DNA of 34,880 bases from a virus. Shown piece after piece: positions 34,610 to 34,880 of the stretch. Position numbers and translations under genes: made by a program. The notes under the pieces were generated by a model that was not told the origin of the DNA, did no database searches, and saw only the letters and a program-made list of their open reading frames with translations. The first letter of the stretch is position 1; every line of letters begins with the position of its first letter. The stretch lies in the IMG/VR virus record IMGVR_UViG_3300045988_170323; one strand, given 5' to 3'.

Positions 34610-34791
34610 AAAGTCTTCCTGCTGTGCCACAACTGGCCAGTCGTATTCATCATTCATTTTTTCTGCATACATATCATACACAAGCCCTATTGTTACATAA
34701 TCACAATCTTGAATAGAAAGCCCTATCTGCAGACATCGGTACATAAACAATGGTGTTGTCATTTCCCTGCTAGTTGCTCTAATTTTTTTTT
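34598..34791 (-). CDS. gpT-like -1 frame extension of the tail chaperone (G/GT programmed frameshift product)
   Basis: The -1 frame after the A9 run stays open for 62 codons (IRATSREMTTPLFMYRCLQIGLSIQDCDYVTIGLVYDMYAEKMNDEYDWPVVAQQEDFDRF*). It stops just before the tape measure gene. Confidence 0.65.
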
Positions 34792-34880
34792 ACTTTCTAT
34801 TGTTGTAATGTTATCAAGATGCCACAGCTTTAAAATCTCCGGCAACACCTGATATATAGAAAATGTATCAAACTGCTCAA
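34759..34880 (-). CDS. Tail assembly chaperone (gpG-like), 3' part (partly duplicates 1-99)
   Basis: This is the same ORF as 1..352(-). The TGA stop is at 34759-34761. Confidence 0.75.
   Translation of the reverse strand, partial: EQFDTFSIYQVLPEILKLWHLDNITTIESKKKLEQLAGK
34782..34880. repeat. Terminal direct repeat, copy 2
   Basis: Identical to bases 1-99. Confidence 0.95.

Noticed and set aside
1-34880. tRNA, rRNA or tmRNA genes
   Set aside because: I could recognise no cloverleaf-like or conserved RNA-gene sequence by eye in the intergenic regions. A tRNAscan/Infernal run would be needed to exclude them formally.

Overview
The window is a closed, circular temperate siphovirus genome of about 34,781 bp; bases 1-99 are repeated at 34782-34880. 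It is low-GC with GGAGG-type ribosome-binding sites, which fits a Firmicutes/Clostridia host. The minus strand carries a late activator, HNH, TerS, TerL, portal, ClpP-type protease, HK97-type capsid, connector and tail-completion genes, and the major tail protein. It continues with a G/GT frameshifted chaperone that wraps across the window ends, the tape measure, Dit, a 1394-aa Tal, a tail fibre, holin and a GH25 endolysin. The early minus-strand operon carries Cro, a DUF2829 (Tad2-like) protein, small proteins, a tubC-tubR-tubZ type III partition locus, a DUF4373 replication organiser, and an RHH protein paired with a catalytic-domain-only tyrosine recombinase. The plus strand carries the CI repressor, a cargo island (DEDDh exonuclease-BRCT, MazF/PemK fold split by a coiled-coil insertion, candidate sRNA, ASCH protein) and an integrase with an attP-like repeat region. 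The strongest finding is an intragenic invertible segment in the tail-fibre gene. A perfect 16-bp inverted repeat is read in the same frame (LNNNI) in the expressed fibre gene and in a promoterless, RBS-less antisense cassette. Inversion would swap the fibre's C-terminal receptor-binding domain. No serine invertase is present, so one of the two tyrosine recombinases is the candidate invertase. All family names come from reading motifs by eye; no database search was run.
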